A stretch of DNA of 64,000 nucleotides from Akkermansiaceae bacterium (lineage in GTDB: Bacteria; Verrucomicrobiota; Verrucomicrobiia; Verrucomicrobiales; Akkermansiaceae). Below are positions 18,803 to 28,436 of this stretch, one piece after another. Position 1 is the first letter of the stretch. Every line of letters starts with the position of its first letter. The stretch spans positions 330-64,329 of the forward strand of contig JANMGO010000038.1 of the NCBI GenBank assembly GCA_031374665.1, read 5' to 3'. The notes under the pieces are model-generated. The model searched no databases, was not told the DNA's origin, and saw only the letters and a list, made by a program, of their open reading frames with translations. A program made the position numbers and the translations under genes.

Positions 18803-20659
18803 ATGATACTCTCCCATCGTTTAATATTTGCCAGTGCATTGGCATCCGCCTTGTTTGTGAACACCGGAACCCTTTTGGCTGCGCCGAAGAAGGTCGAGGT
18901 GGTGCCGCTTTCACCTGAAGTTCAAAAGGCGCATGATGGATATGCGAGCATGCTTCAAGCGCTGCGCAGCGAGTTGGAGCCAAAGCTTCCGCAAATCGAT
19001 GCGGCAAAGTATGCGAAGCTCACGGAGGCTTACGCGGCAAAAAAAGTTTCGAGCAGTGCATGTATGGAAGCAGCCAAGCCGGTTTTGGCTGATGTCGAAG
19101 GATTTTTAGCAAGTGATGCATTGGATGCAAAGCTGGTCAAAGCGGCAGTGTTGGCGGATGCGACACCACTTGGCTTGGCGGAATTTACCCAACAAGGTTC
19201 TGCACAGAAAAAGCTGATCGATAATCTGTTAGGTAGTCCGACCATGATGAAAGAGCTTCTGCTTGCTGGCGGTGCAAAGGCGGGTCGTTACGGCAAAGCC
19301 ATACAGATTTACACAGAGATCTTAGAGCAACATCCACGCGCCAAAGAAGGGCAACTCAATCGGCTGGCGTTGGCTGTTGCCTTGGAGTTCGCAGCACCCG
19401 AGTTGTGCGGTTACAGCGAGATCGATCCGATCGCGCGCTATGCTTTTTTTGAAAAATCTTATATAGAAAAGGAACTGTTGCCGCAGTTTGATAAGCATTC
19501 CATCTGGCTTCTTAGGCACGTTGTCAATGACCCCCACCCCGAAGAAGATATGCTGTGGATGCGCGAGATGATCTGGAACTATCGTCCTGATCAAATCAAT
19601 GCACCGGAAGAATACAACGCACATGTCGTGGGATTGATGTATTCCGAGTTTGGCCACAGAAGGTTTGAAGAAGGCGAGACGGGTCCTCCTTACACCAAGA
19701 ATCAGCAATTCATGGACAGAGGATCGATATGCGGGGGCAAAGGAGGCTTCGGGCGCTGCTTGGGCCGCACTTTTGGAATTCCTGTCTGGGGTGCTCGTCT
19801 CAGGGCTCATACTGCTATGAGCTATTGGACGTCAAAGGGTTGGGAAACCATCCTCGGGGTTTCATTCGAAAACGGATATTGGGTTGTTGATCAGGCTGAG
19901 TCCATGCGTGGGCCATATTTCCTCGATATCGCCAAGTCGCGTAATTTTCCTGCGGAATACATCAAGGCATGTCGCGCCGATTGGGTCAGCAGCATCTTGG
20001 GTGAGGAAAAAGTGAAGGGGATGGAGCCAGACAAGGCTGCGGGAACCTGGAGCACTTTGGCGGTGAATAAAAGGCGCGCGATCGTAGCAACCTTTGATCC
20101 GCCACCAGCACCAGTGAAGCAGGATCCGACGGCGCCCAAGCCTGTGAACAATCAGGGTTATCCTGAGCGTTTGGCTAAAGTTGTGGTGCCGACTGAACTC
20201 AAAAAAATCAGCACTGACGACAAAGGCATCCATATTCCTGCAGTCGCTTGCACCAGTCCTACCGCCAACACGGCGAAGATTGTATTCATGTCGACTCGTG
20301 AAGGCGGAATGAATCTGCATTACAAGCGTTGGGAAATGCCCGAGCCTTTGGTTTATGAGGTAGAAGTGCCTGCTGCTGGTAATTACGCGTTGACTGCTGA
20401 TGTTGTGACCGTGAACCGCGATCAATTTTTCTTAGTGACGCCTAACGACGCTAATGAGCCCGTTAGAATGGAAATGCCTTACACAGTTGGTAAATGGGGA
20501 GTAACTGCGCCGGTCACGATTTCTCTAACAAAGGGCGTGAACAAGCTAACCTTCAATCGCACCGTGATTCCGGATTTCATCAAAGAGGGATATAAATTTG
20601 CAGGACCTGAATATGGCGGCATCACCATCAAGGAGTTTGTCCTCAAACCTGTGAAGTAA
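18803..20659 (+). CDS. Secreted protein with a possible transglutaminase-like Cys-His core and a C-terminal CBM6/35-like beta-sandwich
   Basis: The signal peptide is MILSHRLIFASALASALFVNTGTLLAAP. The segment GSICGGKGGFGRCLGRTFGIPVWGARLRAHTAMSYWTSKGW resembles the TGase-core pattern G-x-C...GIP-x-R...H-x-W...GW. The C-terminus VEVPAAGNYALTADVVT...YTVGKWGVTAPVTISLTKGVNKLTF resembles CBM6/35-type modules. Confidence 0.6.
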   Translation: MILSHRLIFASALASALFVNTGTLLAAPKKVEVVPLSPEVQKAHDGYASMLQALRSELEPKLPQIDAAKYAKLTEAYAAKKVSSSACMEAAKPVLADVEGFLASDALDAKLVKAAVLADATPLGLAEFTQQGSAQKKLIDNLLGSPTMMKELLLAGGAKAGRYGKAIQIYTEILEQHPRAKEGQLNRLALAVALEFAAPELCGYSEIDPIARYAFFEKSYIEKELLPQFDKHSIWLLRHVVNDPHPEEDMLWMREMIWNYRPDQINAPEEYNAHVVGLMYSEFGHRRFEEGETGPPYTKNQQFMDRGSICGGKGGFGRCLGRTFGIPVWGARLRAHTAMSYWTSKGWETILGVSFENGYWVVDQAESMRGPYFLDIAKSRNFPAEYIKACRADWVSSILGEEKVKGMEPDKAAGTWSTLAVNKRRAIVATFDPPPAPVKQDPTAPKPVNNQGYPERLAKVVVPTELKKISTDDKGIHIPAVACTSPTANTAKIVFMSTREGGMNLHYKRWEMPEPLVYEVEVPAAGNYALTADVVTVNRDQFFLVTPNDANEPVRMEMPYTVGKWGVTAPVTISLTKGVNKLTFNRTVIPDFIKEGYKFAGPEYGGITIKEFVLKPVK

Positions 20660-20722
20660 TCGGCTTCTCAGTTAAAGAACACTAATCCATTCATTCCAAG
20701 AAAACCATCCGCTCATCCTTGT

Positions 20723-20746
20723 TTTTGCTGGCCTTCGCCGGCAAAA
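20723..20746 (+). terminator. Weak candidate hairpin downstream of 18803-20659
   Basis: TTTTGCTGGC-cttc-GCCGGCAAAA is a 10-bp stem with one mismatch. No U-tract follows. Coordinates are +/-1. Confidence 0.25.
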
Positions 20747-20934
20747 GCATTGCCGATGCCTTGGTGTTCTTTGCGGCTTTGAGTCTATTGCACTCCGTCC
20801 AAACCTATTGGCTTCGCCTGAAATGGAGCCTCGCTAAGCTCGGAGGGTTTTGCGCTGAACGAAATTCTTGCAGCTCGAATTATGAAATTTTCTGAGGTTG
20901 TCGAGGGCGTGGGTTTTCGGAAGGATGTGGGCAG

Positions 20935-22215
20935 ATGTTACCAAAAATTTTCACGAATGTGCCTGGGGAGAAGTCGTTGGCTTTGGGGCGGCGGTTGGGT
21001 GAGGTGGAGTGTCGGAACACGACGTTTCTTGGGGATGACTGGCCGATTTTTTGGGAACGTGCGGAGGGGGTGAATGTTTGGGATGCGGATGGGAATCGGT
21101 TTTTGGATATGACGAGTGGGTTCGGGGTGGCGGGGTTGGGCTATGGGTTTACGGCTGAGGCGTTGCGGCGGCAGAGCGATGTGTTGCTGCATGCGATGGG
21201 CGATGTGCATCCGGCTCGGGTGAAAGTGGAGTTGTGTGAGGCGCTTTCGGAGATCACTTATGAAAAGTGGGAGGGGAAGAAGGGGAAATGTCTGTTTGGA
21301 AATTCCGGGTTTGAAGCGGTGGAGGCGGCGTTGAAGACCGCGGTGTTGAAGACGGGGCGGGCTGGAATTTTATCGTTTGAGGGAGGCTATCATGGTCTGG
21401 GTTACGGGGCGTTGTTAGGTCAGGGGATAGGCTGGTTCCGAGAGCCGTTTGAGGGACAGATCGCCAAGGTGACTGAGCGGTTGAGATTTCCGAGAGAGGG
21501 TGAGGGTTTGGAATCATTTCGTGAGGAGTTGGGAAAAGTGGATGGGAGTAAGATCGGGGCGGTGCTAGTGGAGCCGATACAAGGTCGGGGTGGGATTGTT
21601 GTTCCTCCGGAGGGATTTCTCGCGGAGCTCAGGGCGTGGTGTGATGAGGTAGGGGCGGTATTGATTTTCGATGAGATTTACACGGGGTTTTGGCGGACGG
21701 GTAAAATGTTTGCGTGTGAGTGGGAGGGTGTGATGCCGGATTTGATTTGTTTGGGGAAGGCCTTGAGCGGGGGATTTCCGATATCGGTTTGCGTGGGGCG
21801 GGCGGAGGTGATGGATGCGTGGCCGGAAAGCGGTGGCGAGGCGTTGCATACCAGCACGTTTTTGGGGAACCCAATGGGTTGTGCGATGGCGCTTGAGGCG
21901 ATCCGTCGGTATCGCTCGCCGGAGATGGAGAGTTTAGTGCGAGATGCCGCGGAGAAATTGGATAGCGAACTTCGGAAACTGGAGAGTTTGGATATGGTGA
22001 AGGAAGTCAGGGGCAGAGGGCTAATGATGGGAGTGGAGATGGACAGCGGCGAGCGGGTGTTGGATTTGACCAAAGCGATGTTAAGAGCGGGTGTAATCGT
22101 TCTGCCCGATGGGCCAAAAGGCGATGTGCTGGCTTTGACTCCACCGCTGGGAATTTCTGGAGAGGAGATTTGTTTTTCCTTGGATACGATCAAGGCGGCA
22201 TTGCTCGATTTTTGA
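20935..22215 (+). CDS. Class-III PLP-dependent aminotransferase (acetylornithine/GABA/ornithine aminotransferase family)
   Basis: 426 aa. It has VWDADGNRFLDMTSGFGVAGLGY, LIFDEIYTGFWRTGKMFACEW and a PLP-lysine context (LICLGKALSGGFPIS). The substrate is not assignable from sequence alone. Confidence 0.8.
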   Translation: MLPKIFTNVPGEKSLALGRRLGEVECRNTTFLGDDWPIFWERAEGVNVWDADGNRFLDMTSGFGVAGLGYGFTAEALRRQSDVLLHAMGDVHPARVKVELCEALSEITYEKWEGKKGKCLFGNSGFEAVEAALKTAVLKTGRAGILSFEGGYHGLGYGALLGQGIGWFREPFEGQIAKVTERLRFPREGEGLESFREELGKVDGSKIGAVLVEPIQGRGGIVVPPEGFLAELRAWCDEVGAVLIFDEIYTGFWRTGKMFACEWEGVMPDLICLGKALSGGFPISVCVGRAEVMDAWPESGGEALHTSTFLGNPMGCAMALEAIRRYRSPEMESLVRDAAEKLDSELRKLESLDMVKEVRGRGLMMGVEMDSGERVLDLTKAMLRAGVIVLPDGPKGDVLALTPPLGISGEEICFSLDTIKAALLDF

Positions 22216-22292
22216 AGAATGTTTGGTGTCGTCCCTTGCTCTCGTCGAAAGTATCGTTTAGCACATACGAAACCTTTTTTCCTCAAACCTCT

Positions 22293-24500
22293 TTGTTACT
22301 GTTTAACCCGACATCACTCACTCTTTGGATCGGCATTCTTGTGCTGATCGGGGTTGCTTATTTGTGCATCCTTTCTTGGAAGCGCAGCCCGCATCGCGGT
22401 CGCACGGCTGTATTGGAAAGCCTGCGGTTTTTCATCACGCTATTGGTGGTGATGTTGTTGTGGCAACCCGAGTGGCGGACTGTGGTGAACCCGACCAGCA
22501 AGCCGAAGATCGCAATATTGTGGGACGATTCTCGCTCGATGACGACTTTGGATGCGGTGTTGCCGACGGCGCTCGCTGAGGAAGGAAAAGCCGGGGTGAT
22601 TGTTTCTCGTGCGGATTGGGTGAAAAAAGTTTTGGACTCTGCGATGTGGGAGCCGCTGCGTGTGGGCGGTGCGAATGATCTCACTACCCAATCATTCGCG
22701 ACGCCGGGCAAAGAAGGGCTCTCTGGCACGGATATCAATTCTCCGCTTACGAATCTTTTAGAAAACGAAAACAACCTCCGTGCGGTGGTGATGTTGAGCG
22801 ATGGCGATTTCAACATGGGATCGCCTCCAGTGGCTGCGGCGCAGAAATACCGGATTCGTGGCGTGCCGATTTTCACGATTCCTGTCGGCAGCGATAAACG
22901 CCTTCCGGATTTGGATTTGCTGACTGTGACGGCACCTACCTACGGGATTGTTGGTGAAAACGTGCAGATCCCTTTCACGATTCGTTCATCGCTGGACAGA
23001 CAAGTTCGGACGATAGTTCGGTTGCGCGATGAGTCTGGACGGGAGCGGACGAAGAACATCATCCTCGCGCCAAATGTTGAGACCTATGATTCGATTTTGT
23101 GGAAATTAGAAAAAGAAGGCACAACCAAGCTGACCTTGTCTATCCCAGTTGAGGACGGCGAGCTCATCGCATCTAACAACACGCATGACTTCACCATTTC
23201 CGGAAAGCCTGAGCGGATCCGAGTTCTCGTCATCGAGACTTTGCCGCGTTGGGAATACCGATTTTTGAGAAACGCCCTTTCACGTGATCCGGGTGTGGAG
23301 CTTTCGTGTTTGCTGTTGCGTCCGGAGCTGGGTGCGGGCGGCGGTGCGGATTACATCGATAAATTTCCGGCGACTTTGGATGAGTTGTCTAAGTTCGATG
23401 TCGTGGTATTGGGCGATGTCGGGATAGGCGAAAATCAACTAACTGAAGAACAGGCGAAACAGATTCGTGGCTTGGTAGAGAATCAGGCATCCGGCGTGGT
23501 ATTTTTGCCAGGGCAGCAGGGTAACCAAATGACTTTAGTAAATTCCGCGTTGTCGGATTTGTTGCCGGTGACATTGGATGAAAAAAATCCCAAAGGATTA
23601 TCTGAAACGGTGGCAACGCCGTTGAATCTAACATCAGAGGGTCGTGCCTCATTGCTGACGATGTTAGGCGAATCCGAAGAAGAGAATCCTGAAATCTGGC
23701 GTCGTCTTCCCGGATTTTACTGGCATGCGCCGGTGCTCCGCGCGAAGGCGGGCACGGAAGTTTTGGCAGTGCATGCGAACCGACGCGGTGCTTACGGGCC
23801 GATACCGCTGATGGTTACTAAAGCGGCGGGCAGCGGAAAAGTTTTGTTCATGGGCATCGATTCCGCGTGGCGTTGGCGGCGTGGAGTGGAGGATTTGTAT
23901 CACTACCGTTTCTGGGGCCAAGTGGCGCGCTGGATGAGTTATCAGCGAAACATGGCGGCGGGTCAGCGTGTGAGAATGTTCTTCACGCCAGAACGTCCGC
24001 AGCCGGGTGCGACCGTGACTTTAAACGCGAATGGGTTTGATCAAAATGGCGCGCCTCTGAAAGAGGGTGCAGTCAGCGTGGACATCACATCTCCGAATGG
24101 CGATGTGCGACGCATCGAGCTACAGAAAAACGAAACTGAGTGGGGTGCTTACTCGGGTCGTTTCAAAATCGATTTCCCTGGTGAATGGAAACTGCGCGCG
24201 ATCACCGCGGCATCGCCAGATATTCCGACGGAGACCACGATCATCGCGCAAGGTGTGGATATCGAAAAAACGGGTCAGCCTGCACGGGTCGATGTATTAG
24301 AAGAAATTTCCCGAGTTTCAAGAGGACGGAGTATTTTGCCGGAACAACTGGCGGAATTGATTTCTGAAATCGATGCCTTACCGGAGCCGAAACCTTTGGA
24401 AAACCGCATACCGCTTTGGTCGCATTGGGCGACTTTATTGGTGCTAGTTGTCTTACTCGGCCTGTTTTGGGCGGGACGGAAATTAAACGGAGCGTTCTGA
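22293..24500 (+). CDS. BatA-like membrane protein with VWA-like and class-I-amidotransferase-like (ThuA/DUF4159-type) regions
   Basis: The N-terminal double-TM region (LLLFNPTSLTLWIGILVLIGVAYLCIL...FFITLLVVMLLW) is typical of Bat/aerotolerance-type proteins. There is a MIDAS-like IAILWDDSRSM and VVMLSDGDF. The C-terminal TM is LWSHWATLLVLVVLLGLFW. The start is uncertain. TTG 22293 avoids overlap with the upstream gene, and ATG 22170 is the alternative. Confidence 0.65.
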   Translation: MLLFNPTSLTLWIGILVLIGVAYLCILSWKRSPHRGRTAVLESLRFFITLLVVMLLWQPEWRTVVNPTSKPKIAILWDDSRSMTTLDAVLPTALAEEGKAGVIVSRADWVKKVLDSAMWEPLRVGGANDLTTQSFATPGKEGLSGTDINSPLTNLLENENNLRAVVMLSDGDFNMGSPPVAAAQKYRIRGVPIFTIPVGSDKRLPDLDLLTVTAPTYGIVGENVQIPFTIRSSLDRQVRTIVRLRDESGRERTKNIILAPNVETYDSILWKLEKEGTTKLTLSIPVEDGELIASNNTHDFTISGKPERIRVLVIETLPRWEYRFLRNALSRDPGVELSCLLLRPELGAGGGADYIDKFPATLDELSKFDVVVLGDVGIGENQLTEEQAKQIRGLVENQASGVVFLPGQQGNQMTLVNSALSDLLPVTLDEKNPKGLSETVATPLNLTSEGRASLLTMLGESEEENPEIWRRLPGFYWHAPVLRAKAGTEVLAVHANRRGAYGPIPLMVTKAAGSGKVLFMGIDSAWRWRRGVEDLYHYRFWGQVARWMSYQRNMAAGQRVRMFFTPERPQPGATVTLNANGFDQNGAPLKEGAVSVDITSPNGDVRRIELQKNETEWGAYSGRFKIDFPGEWKLRAITAASPDIPTETTIIAQGVDIEKTGQPARVDVLEEISRVSRGRSILPEQLAELISEIDALPEPKPLENRIPLWSHWATLLVLVVLLGLFWAGRKLNGAF

Positions 24501-24588
24501 TTTCTCTTAAAATCACGCATTCCCGCCTTGCCATTCACTGGAAAAGGCTGCATAGCCCCGCCCCCAAAGCCTCTAAACGCCTTATTTT

Positions 24589-26430
24589 ATGTCATTGAAA
24601 ATTCGCAACCTCGCCATCATCGCCCACGTTGACCATGGGAAAACCACCCTCGTCGACCAACTCCTCCAAGCCGGCGGTACCTATCGTGAAAACCAAGCCA
24701 CCCAAGAGCGTGCAATGGATTCCATGGATCTTGAGAGAGAAAAGGGCATCACCATTAAGGCGAAGAACACCGCGATTCTTTGGGAAGGTTACACGATCAA
24801 CATCGTCGACACCCCAGGCCACGCCGACTTCGGTGCAGAGGTTGAGCGCGTGATGAAAATGGTGGACGGTGTTTTGCTCGTCGTTGATGCAGCAGGTGGA
24901 CCGCAGGCGCAGACGCGTTTCGTGCTTCGTAAAGCTCTTCAAGAAGGCCTTAAGCCGATTGTTGTGGTTAACAAAGTTGACCGCCCACTTTCCAATCCGC
25001 TCAAAGTGCACGACCAAGTGCTTGAGCTTTTCCTCGACCTCGATGCCACCGAAGAGCAGTTCGAAGCTCCTTTCTGCTACGGCTCCGCTCGTGATGGTTA
25101 CTTCATGGATCATCCAGATGATGAGCGTAAAGATTGCATCCCGCTCCTGAAAAAAATCATCGAGTTCATCCCTGAACCAGCAGCCGATCCAGCAGCTCCT
25201 TTCCTCATGCTCGTTTCTAACATCGAGTGGGATAGTTTCGTCGGTCGTGTGGCTGTCGGAAAAGTTCTCGGTGGCAATGTCAAAAAAGGCGACACCATCT
25301 GGCTTCATCGCAAAGACGGCACTAAGCAACAATCCAAGGTGATGAAAACCTTCACCTACTCCGGTCTTGCGACTGAGGACTCCGAAGGTTGCGGCGCAGG
25401 CGGTATCGTCGGCATCGCTGCAGGCATCGAGAACATCGATATCGGTGAAACTCTTGCTGCTTCGGCTGACCAAGCAGCACTTCCTTTCGTAGAGATCGAT
25501 CCACCAACCGTTTCCATGGAGTTCTCCATCAACGACGGGCCACTCGGCGGTAAAGAAGGCAAGCACGTGACCTCCCGCGCCATCCGTGAGCGTTTGATGC
25601 ACGAAATCAAAACCAACGTTTCTCTCCATGTCGAAGACACCGATCAAGCTGGCGTGTTCAACGTCTCCGCACGTGGCGCGATGCAAATCGCCGTTCTTGT
25701 GGAGCAGATGCGCCGCGAAGGTTTCGAAGTCTGCGTTTCTCGTCCGACCGTTATCTATCGTCGCGACGAAGGAGGTAAACTTCTTGAACCATTCGAAACT
25801 CTCTACATCGAGTCTCCAGGTGAATACACCCAAGGTATTTTGAAAACCCTCATCAACCGCAAAGGCATGATGGAAAACATGGAGACCGAACCTTCTGGCG
25901 AAACTCTCATCACCGCACTCATCCCGACCCGTGGCCTGATTGGTTTCGAAACTGAAATCGTCAACCTCACTTCCGGTCACGGTATCATGTCGCACCTTTT
26001 CCGCGAATACGGCCCACACGCCGGTGAGATCGTCACCCGCACAACCGGCACACTTGTTTCCATGGAAGCAGGCGTTGCCACCACTTACTCGCTGCAAGCG
26101 CTTGAGGATCGCGGTGTGCTCTTCGTCGGAGCAAACGATGCGATCTACGGCGGCATGCTCGTTGGTGAAAACCCACGCGTTGGTGATATGCCAGTGAATC
26201 CTGTTAAAGAGAAACACCTCGATAACATGCGTTCTTCCGGCAAAGACAAAACCTCCAAGCTCACCCCGCCGATCCGATTCTCGCTTGAACGCGCCATCGA
26301 ATACATCGATGCCGACGAACTCGTAGAAGCCACTCCGCTGAACATCCGCCTCCGCAAACGCATCCTCGATGAAGGCGCGCGCAAGCGTGCGGCAAAAGGA
26401 ATCAAAGGCGATGATCGCAGTAAACGGTAA
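24589..26430 (+). CDS. typA: Translational GTPase TypA/BipA
   Basis: The N-terminus is [22 protein letters not shown]. It has [14 protein letters not shown] and NKVDR G-motifs, a length of 613 aa, and EF-G-like domain order without domain IV. Confidence 0.95.
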   Translation: MSLKIRNLAIIAHVDHGKTTLVDQLLQAGGTYRENQATQERAMDSMDLEREKGITIKAKNTAILWEGYTINIVDTPGHADFGAEVERVMKMVDGVLLVVDAAGGPQAQTRFVLRKALQEGLKPIVVVNKVDRPLSNPLKVHDQVLELFLDLDATEEQFEAPFCYGSARDGYFMDHPDDERKDCIPLLKKIIEFIPEPAADPAAPFLMLVSNIEWDSFVGRVAVGKVLGGNVKKGDTIWLHRKDGTKQQSKVMKTFTYSGLATEDSEGCGAGGIVGIAAGIENIDIGETLAASADQAALPFVEIDPPTVSMEFSINDGPLGGKEGKHVTSRAIRERLMHEIKTNVSLHVEDTDQAGVFNVSARGAMQIAVLVEQMRREGFEVCVSRPTVIYRRDEGGKLLEPFETLYIESPGEYTQGILKTLINRKGMMENMETEPSGETLITALIPTRGLIGFETEIVNLTSGHGIMSHLFREYGPHAGEIVTRTTGTLVSMEAGVATTYSLQALEDRGVLFVGANDAIYGGMLVGENPRVGDMPVNPVKEKHLDNMRSSGKDKTSKLTPPIRFSLERAIEYIDADELVEATPLNIRLRKRILDEGARKRAAKGIKGDDRSKR

Positions 26431-26455
26431 GTGAATTTTAAATTCGAGGAGCCAC

Positions 26456-26475
26456 CTAATCGCTTTATCGATTAG
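26456..26475 (+). terminator. Weak AT-rich hairpin after typA
   Basis: CTAATCG-ctttat-CGATTAG is a perfect 7-bp stem lying 26 nt after the typA stop. There is no clear U-tract. Confidence 0.25.
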
Positions 26476-26483
26476 TTAAGTCT

Positions 26484-26518
26484 TCGCACTGCTCACTGCT
26501 AACTGATCACTCGGCACT
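26484..26518 (+). repeat. Heptamer-periodic array (NNNCACT)x5 directly upstream of the 26535 start codon
   Basis: TCGCACT GCTCACT GCTAACT GATCACT CGGCACT, followed by TTCAGGCACTTCTCCC-ATG. Confidence 0.8.
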
Positions 26519-26534
26519 TTCAGGCACTTCTCCC

Positions 26535-27587
26535 ATGTCCACTCATCTCATCCGCATCTCTGAAGTTTTCTCGCCGTGGATGGCGGAGATTTTGGGAATC
26601 CTTGCGGTGGAGAAAGTGAAGAGGCTTGGCAGCGAGTATTACCTGATTCAAACCGAAGCAGGGGAACTGATTACAGATTCAGCTGCGACTCGGTTTATTC
26701 GCTTCCATGTGCCAATCGAACATTCATGGCCGTGTAATCCGGAGAAGATGGAGGGTTTCATCGAGAAAGCCGCGCAGACGATTTACTACAAATTTGAAAG
26801 CCGCAACCCGCAGACGATTCTCGTGGGTCAGCTCGATCCCGGTGCTCCGAAACGTTATTACAAAGCCCTCGCATCGAATCTAAGAGGGCGGGCCTTGCAA
26901 GTTTTCGAACTTCCTGACAGCGCGCCGAAATCAGCAGAGGAACAAGATCCTAAAAAGGAAACGTTGTTTTGTTGGGTCGGTAAAGAAGGTCTCTACTGCG
27001 GTATCGCAACTCCTCTCGAAGCAGGTGGACTTCACCCGGGCGGCACAAAATACATCGCGCAAAATGCCGATGACACGGTCAGTCGCGCGGGCGCGAAGAT
27101 TGCCGAGGGTTTGCATTTCATATCGATGTATCGCAAGTTACCTTGGGAAGGTGCACATTGGTTGGAACTCGGCGCAAGCCCCGGCGGGATGACTTCTGAA
27201 TTGTTGATGCGGGGTTACCAAGTTTCCGCCATCGATCGTGCACCGCTCGACAAACGCCTCGCGAATCATCCGAATCTGAGTTTCTTGAAAGAAGATGTCG
27301 CCGAGTTCGTGCCGCCGCGCGGGATCAAATACGACGCGATTCTTTCCGACATGAATGGCGCGCCACGTCAGGCGATTACGCTGGTTACTCGTTTAAAAGA
27401 TTTCCTCCGTCCCGGCGCGCTCGCTGTGTTCACACTCAAAACCACCGGCGCGGAAACGATCGCTGAAATCGAAACGCTAGAAAATGATGTGTTAGAAATC
27501 GCGAAAGGAAATGGATTTTCCCTGATCGCAAGAACGCACCTGACGTATAATCGCCAGGAGTTCACGTTGTTTTTTGAGAGGGATTGA
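26535..27587 (+). CDS. SAM-dependent RNA 2'-O-methyltransferase, RlmM-like (THUMP-like N-domain plus FtsJ-like C-domain)
   Basis: 350 aa. The SAM-binding block HWLELGASPGGMTSELLMRGYQVSAIDRAP resembles E. coli RlmM (DLGAAPGGWT...VDNG). SRAGAKIAEGL lies upstream, as in RlmM/FtsJ-type enzymes. Confidence 0.6.
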   Translation: MSTHLIRISEVFSPWMAEILGILAVEKVKRLGSEYYLIQTEAGELITDSAATRFIRFHVPIEHSWPCNPEKMEGFIEKAAQTIYYKFESRNPQTILVGQLDPGAPKRYYKALASNLRGRALQVFELPDSAPKSAEEQDPKKETLFCWVGKEGLYCGIATPLEAGGLHPGGTKYIAQNADDTVSRAGAKIAEGLHFISMYRKLPWEGAHWLELGASPGGMTSELLMRGYQVSAIDRAPLDKRLANHPNLSFLKEDVAEFVPPRGIKYDAILSDMNGAPRQAITLVTRLKDFLRPGALAVFTLKTTGAETIAEIETLENDVLEIAKGNGFSLIARTHLTYNRQEFTLFFERD

Positions 27588-27607
27588 TTGGAGCTGATTA
27601 TGCATTT

Positions 27608-27724
27608 GGTAGCCCCGATGTTGTCGGGGGAGGGCGCCGCGCGAAGCGAAACGTATTCGATCTTCCAAAAATATATCCTTTTCTTCCTCATTTCATGCGG
27701 CGCCCTCGGCGATGGCGCCCTACC
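27608..27724. repeat. ~117-bp intergenic element with inverted termini (copy 1), MITE-like or structured RNA
   Basis: It starts GGTAG and ends CTACC. A terminal hairpin is CCCCGA-tgttg-TCGGGG. The long-range complement GGGCGCCGC (27632-40) / GCGGCGCCC (27697-705) is a perfect 9 bp. It shares the blocks CCGCGCGAAGCG, ATTCGAT and CTCATT-CATGCGGCGC-CTC with 33942-34076. Confidence 0.7.
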
Positions 27725-27733
27725 TTTTATCTT

Positions 27734-28390
27734 CTATTCCGGATAACGAATGTCGGGAGCTTTGCCGTTCCAGACGGGATATTTGGCGGAGAGGATGTCG
27801 ATGCCTCTGCTGTAGACGTGGCCGTCTTCGTGAATTTTGTGGACATGGACGGAGGTGTCAATATGAAGGATGATTGCGTGGCCAACGAAAGGTTTGGGAT
27901 CAAATTTTGTGGTTCCAGGAATAAGTGGAGCTAGGACGAGAGGAGTAGATGGGTTATTTCCGGTGCTAAGGCCAGAGATGTAAGCAAAACCGACTTCGCC
28001 TTTTTTTAAGGCCTGCTTGGGTAAGATATTTCCATCTGGATTGATGGAATCCTTAATTTTGGCGTAGAAAGAGTGTTCGGATTGCATGATCCCAGCTGCC
28101 AGTAATTGACGGAAGGCTGCGTTTGATGATTTGCCCGTTAGGTCGTATCCATGTTTTGGGAAACTTTTAGTTACAATAGCAGCTGTGGCTTCATTCGGGT
28201 AAGAACCGTATTCACTCTCAAATTCAAAGAGAGCTACGCTGAATGAACGCGAGTTTCTAAATGCCTCCTCTCGGTTGGCTTCTCGTTGTCGGATATCGAT
28301 GCGGATCCATACGATGGTGATTATGCCGATGAGGATTATCAGACCTAACGTGAATTCTAAAGATCTCGATTTTTTGGGTTCGGCAATCAT
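27734..28390 (-). CDS. Hypothetical membrane-anchored protein, possibly a degenerate pseudopilin-like fold
   Basis: 218 aa with an ATG start. It has one N-terminal TM (LEFTLGLIILIGIITIVWI), followed by ...SFSVALFEFESEYGSYPNE. This loosely recalls GspG-type pseudopilins, but it lacks the G-1/E+5 signature. Confidence 0.5.
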   Translation of the reverse strand: MIAEPKKSRSLEFTLGLIILIGIITIVWIRIDIRQREANREEAFRNSRSFSVALFEFESEYGSYPNEATAAIVTKSFPKHGYDLTGKSSNAAFRQLLAAGIMQSEHSFYAKIKDSINPDGNILPKQALKKGEVGFAYISGLSTGNNPSTPLVLAPLIPGTTKFDPKPFVGHAIILHIDTSVHVHKIHEDGHVYSRGIDILSAKYPVWNGKAPDIRYPE

Positions 28391-28436
28391 GGGTTTTGTT
28401 AGGCGCGTAGTGAAAGCCAGCCGGAGGCAGGCTCTC

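Noticed and set aside
20882-21073. 63-aa ORF overlapping the start of the aminotransferase gene
   Set aside because: It lies in a different frame of the same G-rich DNA and gives a Gly/Arg/Trp-rich low-complexity product. The aminotransferase frame carries family motifs from its first residues.
22170-22292. ATG at 22170 as the start of the VWA/BatA-like membrane protein
   Set aside because: It would overlap the aminotransferase gene by 46 nt and add a non-hydrophobic extension. The BatA-type double-TM N-terminus begins at the TTG at 22293. This is not certain, and the upstream ATG remains possible.
24592-26217. 541-aa ORF on the minus strand covering most of typA
   Set aside because: It is exactly antisense to an unambiguous, highly conserved TypA/BipA gene. 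Its translation has no recognisable motifs. Long antisense ORFs are expected where sense-strand codon bias removes antisense stop codons.
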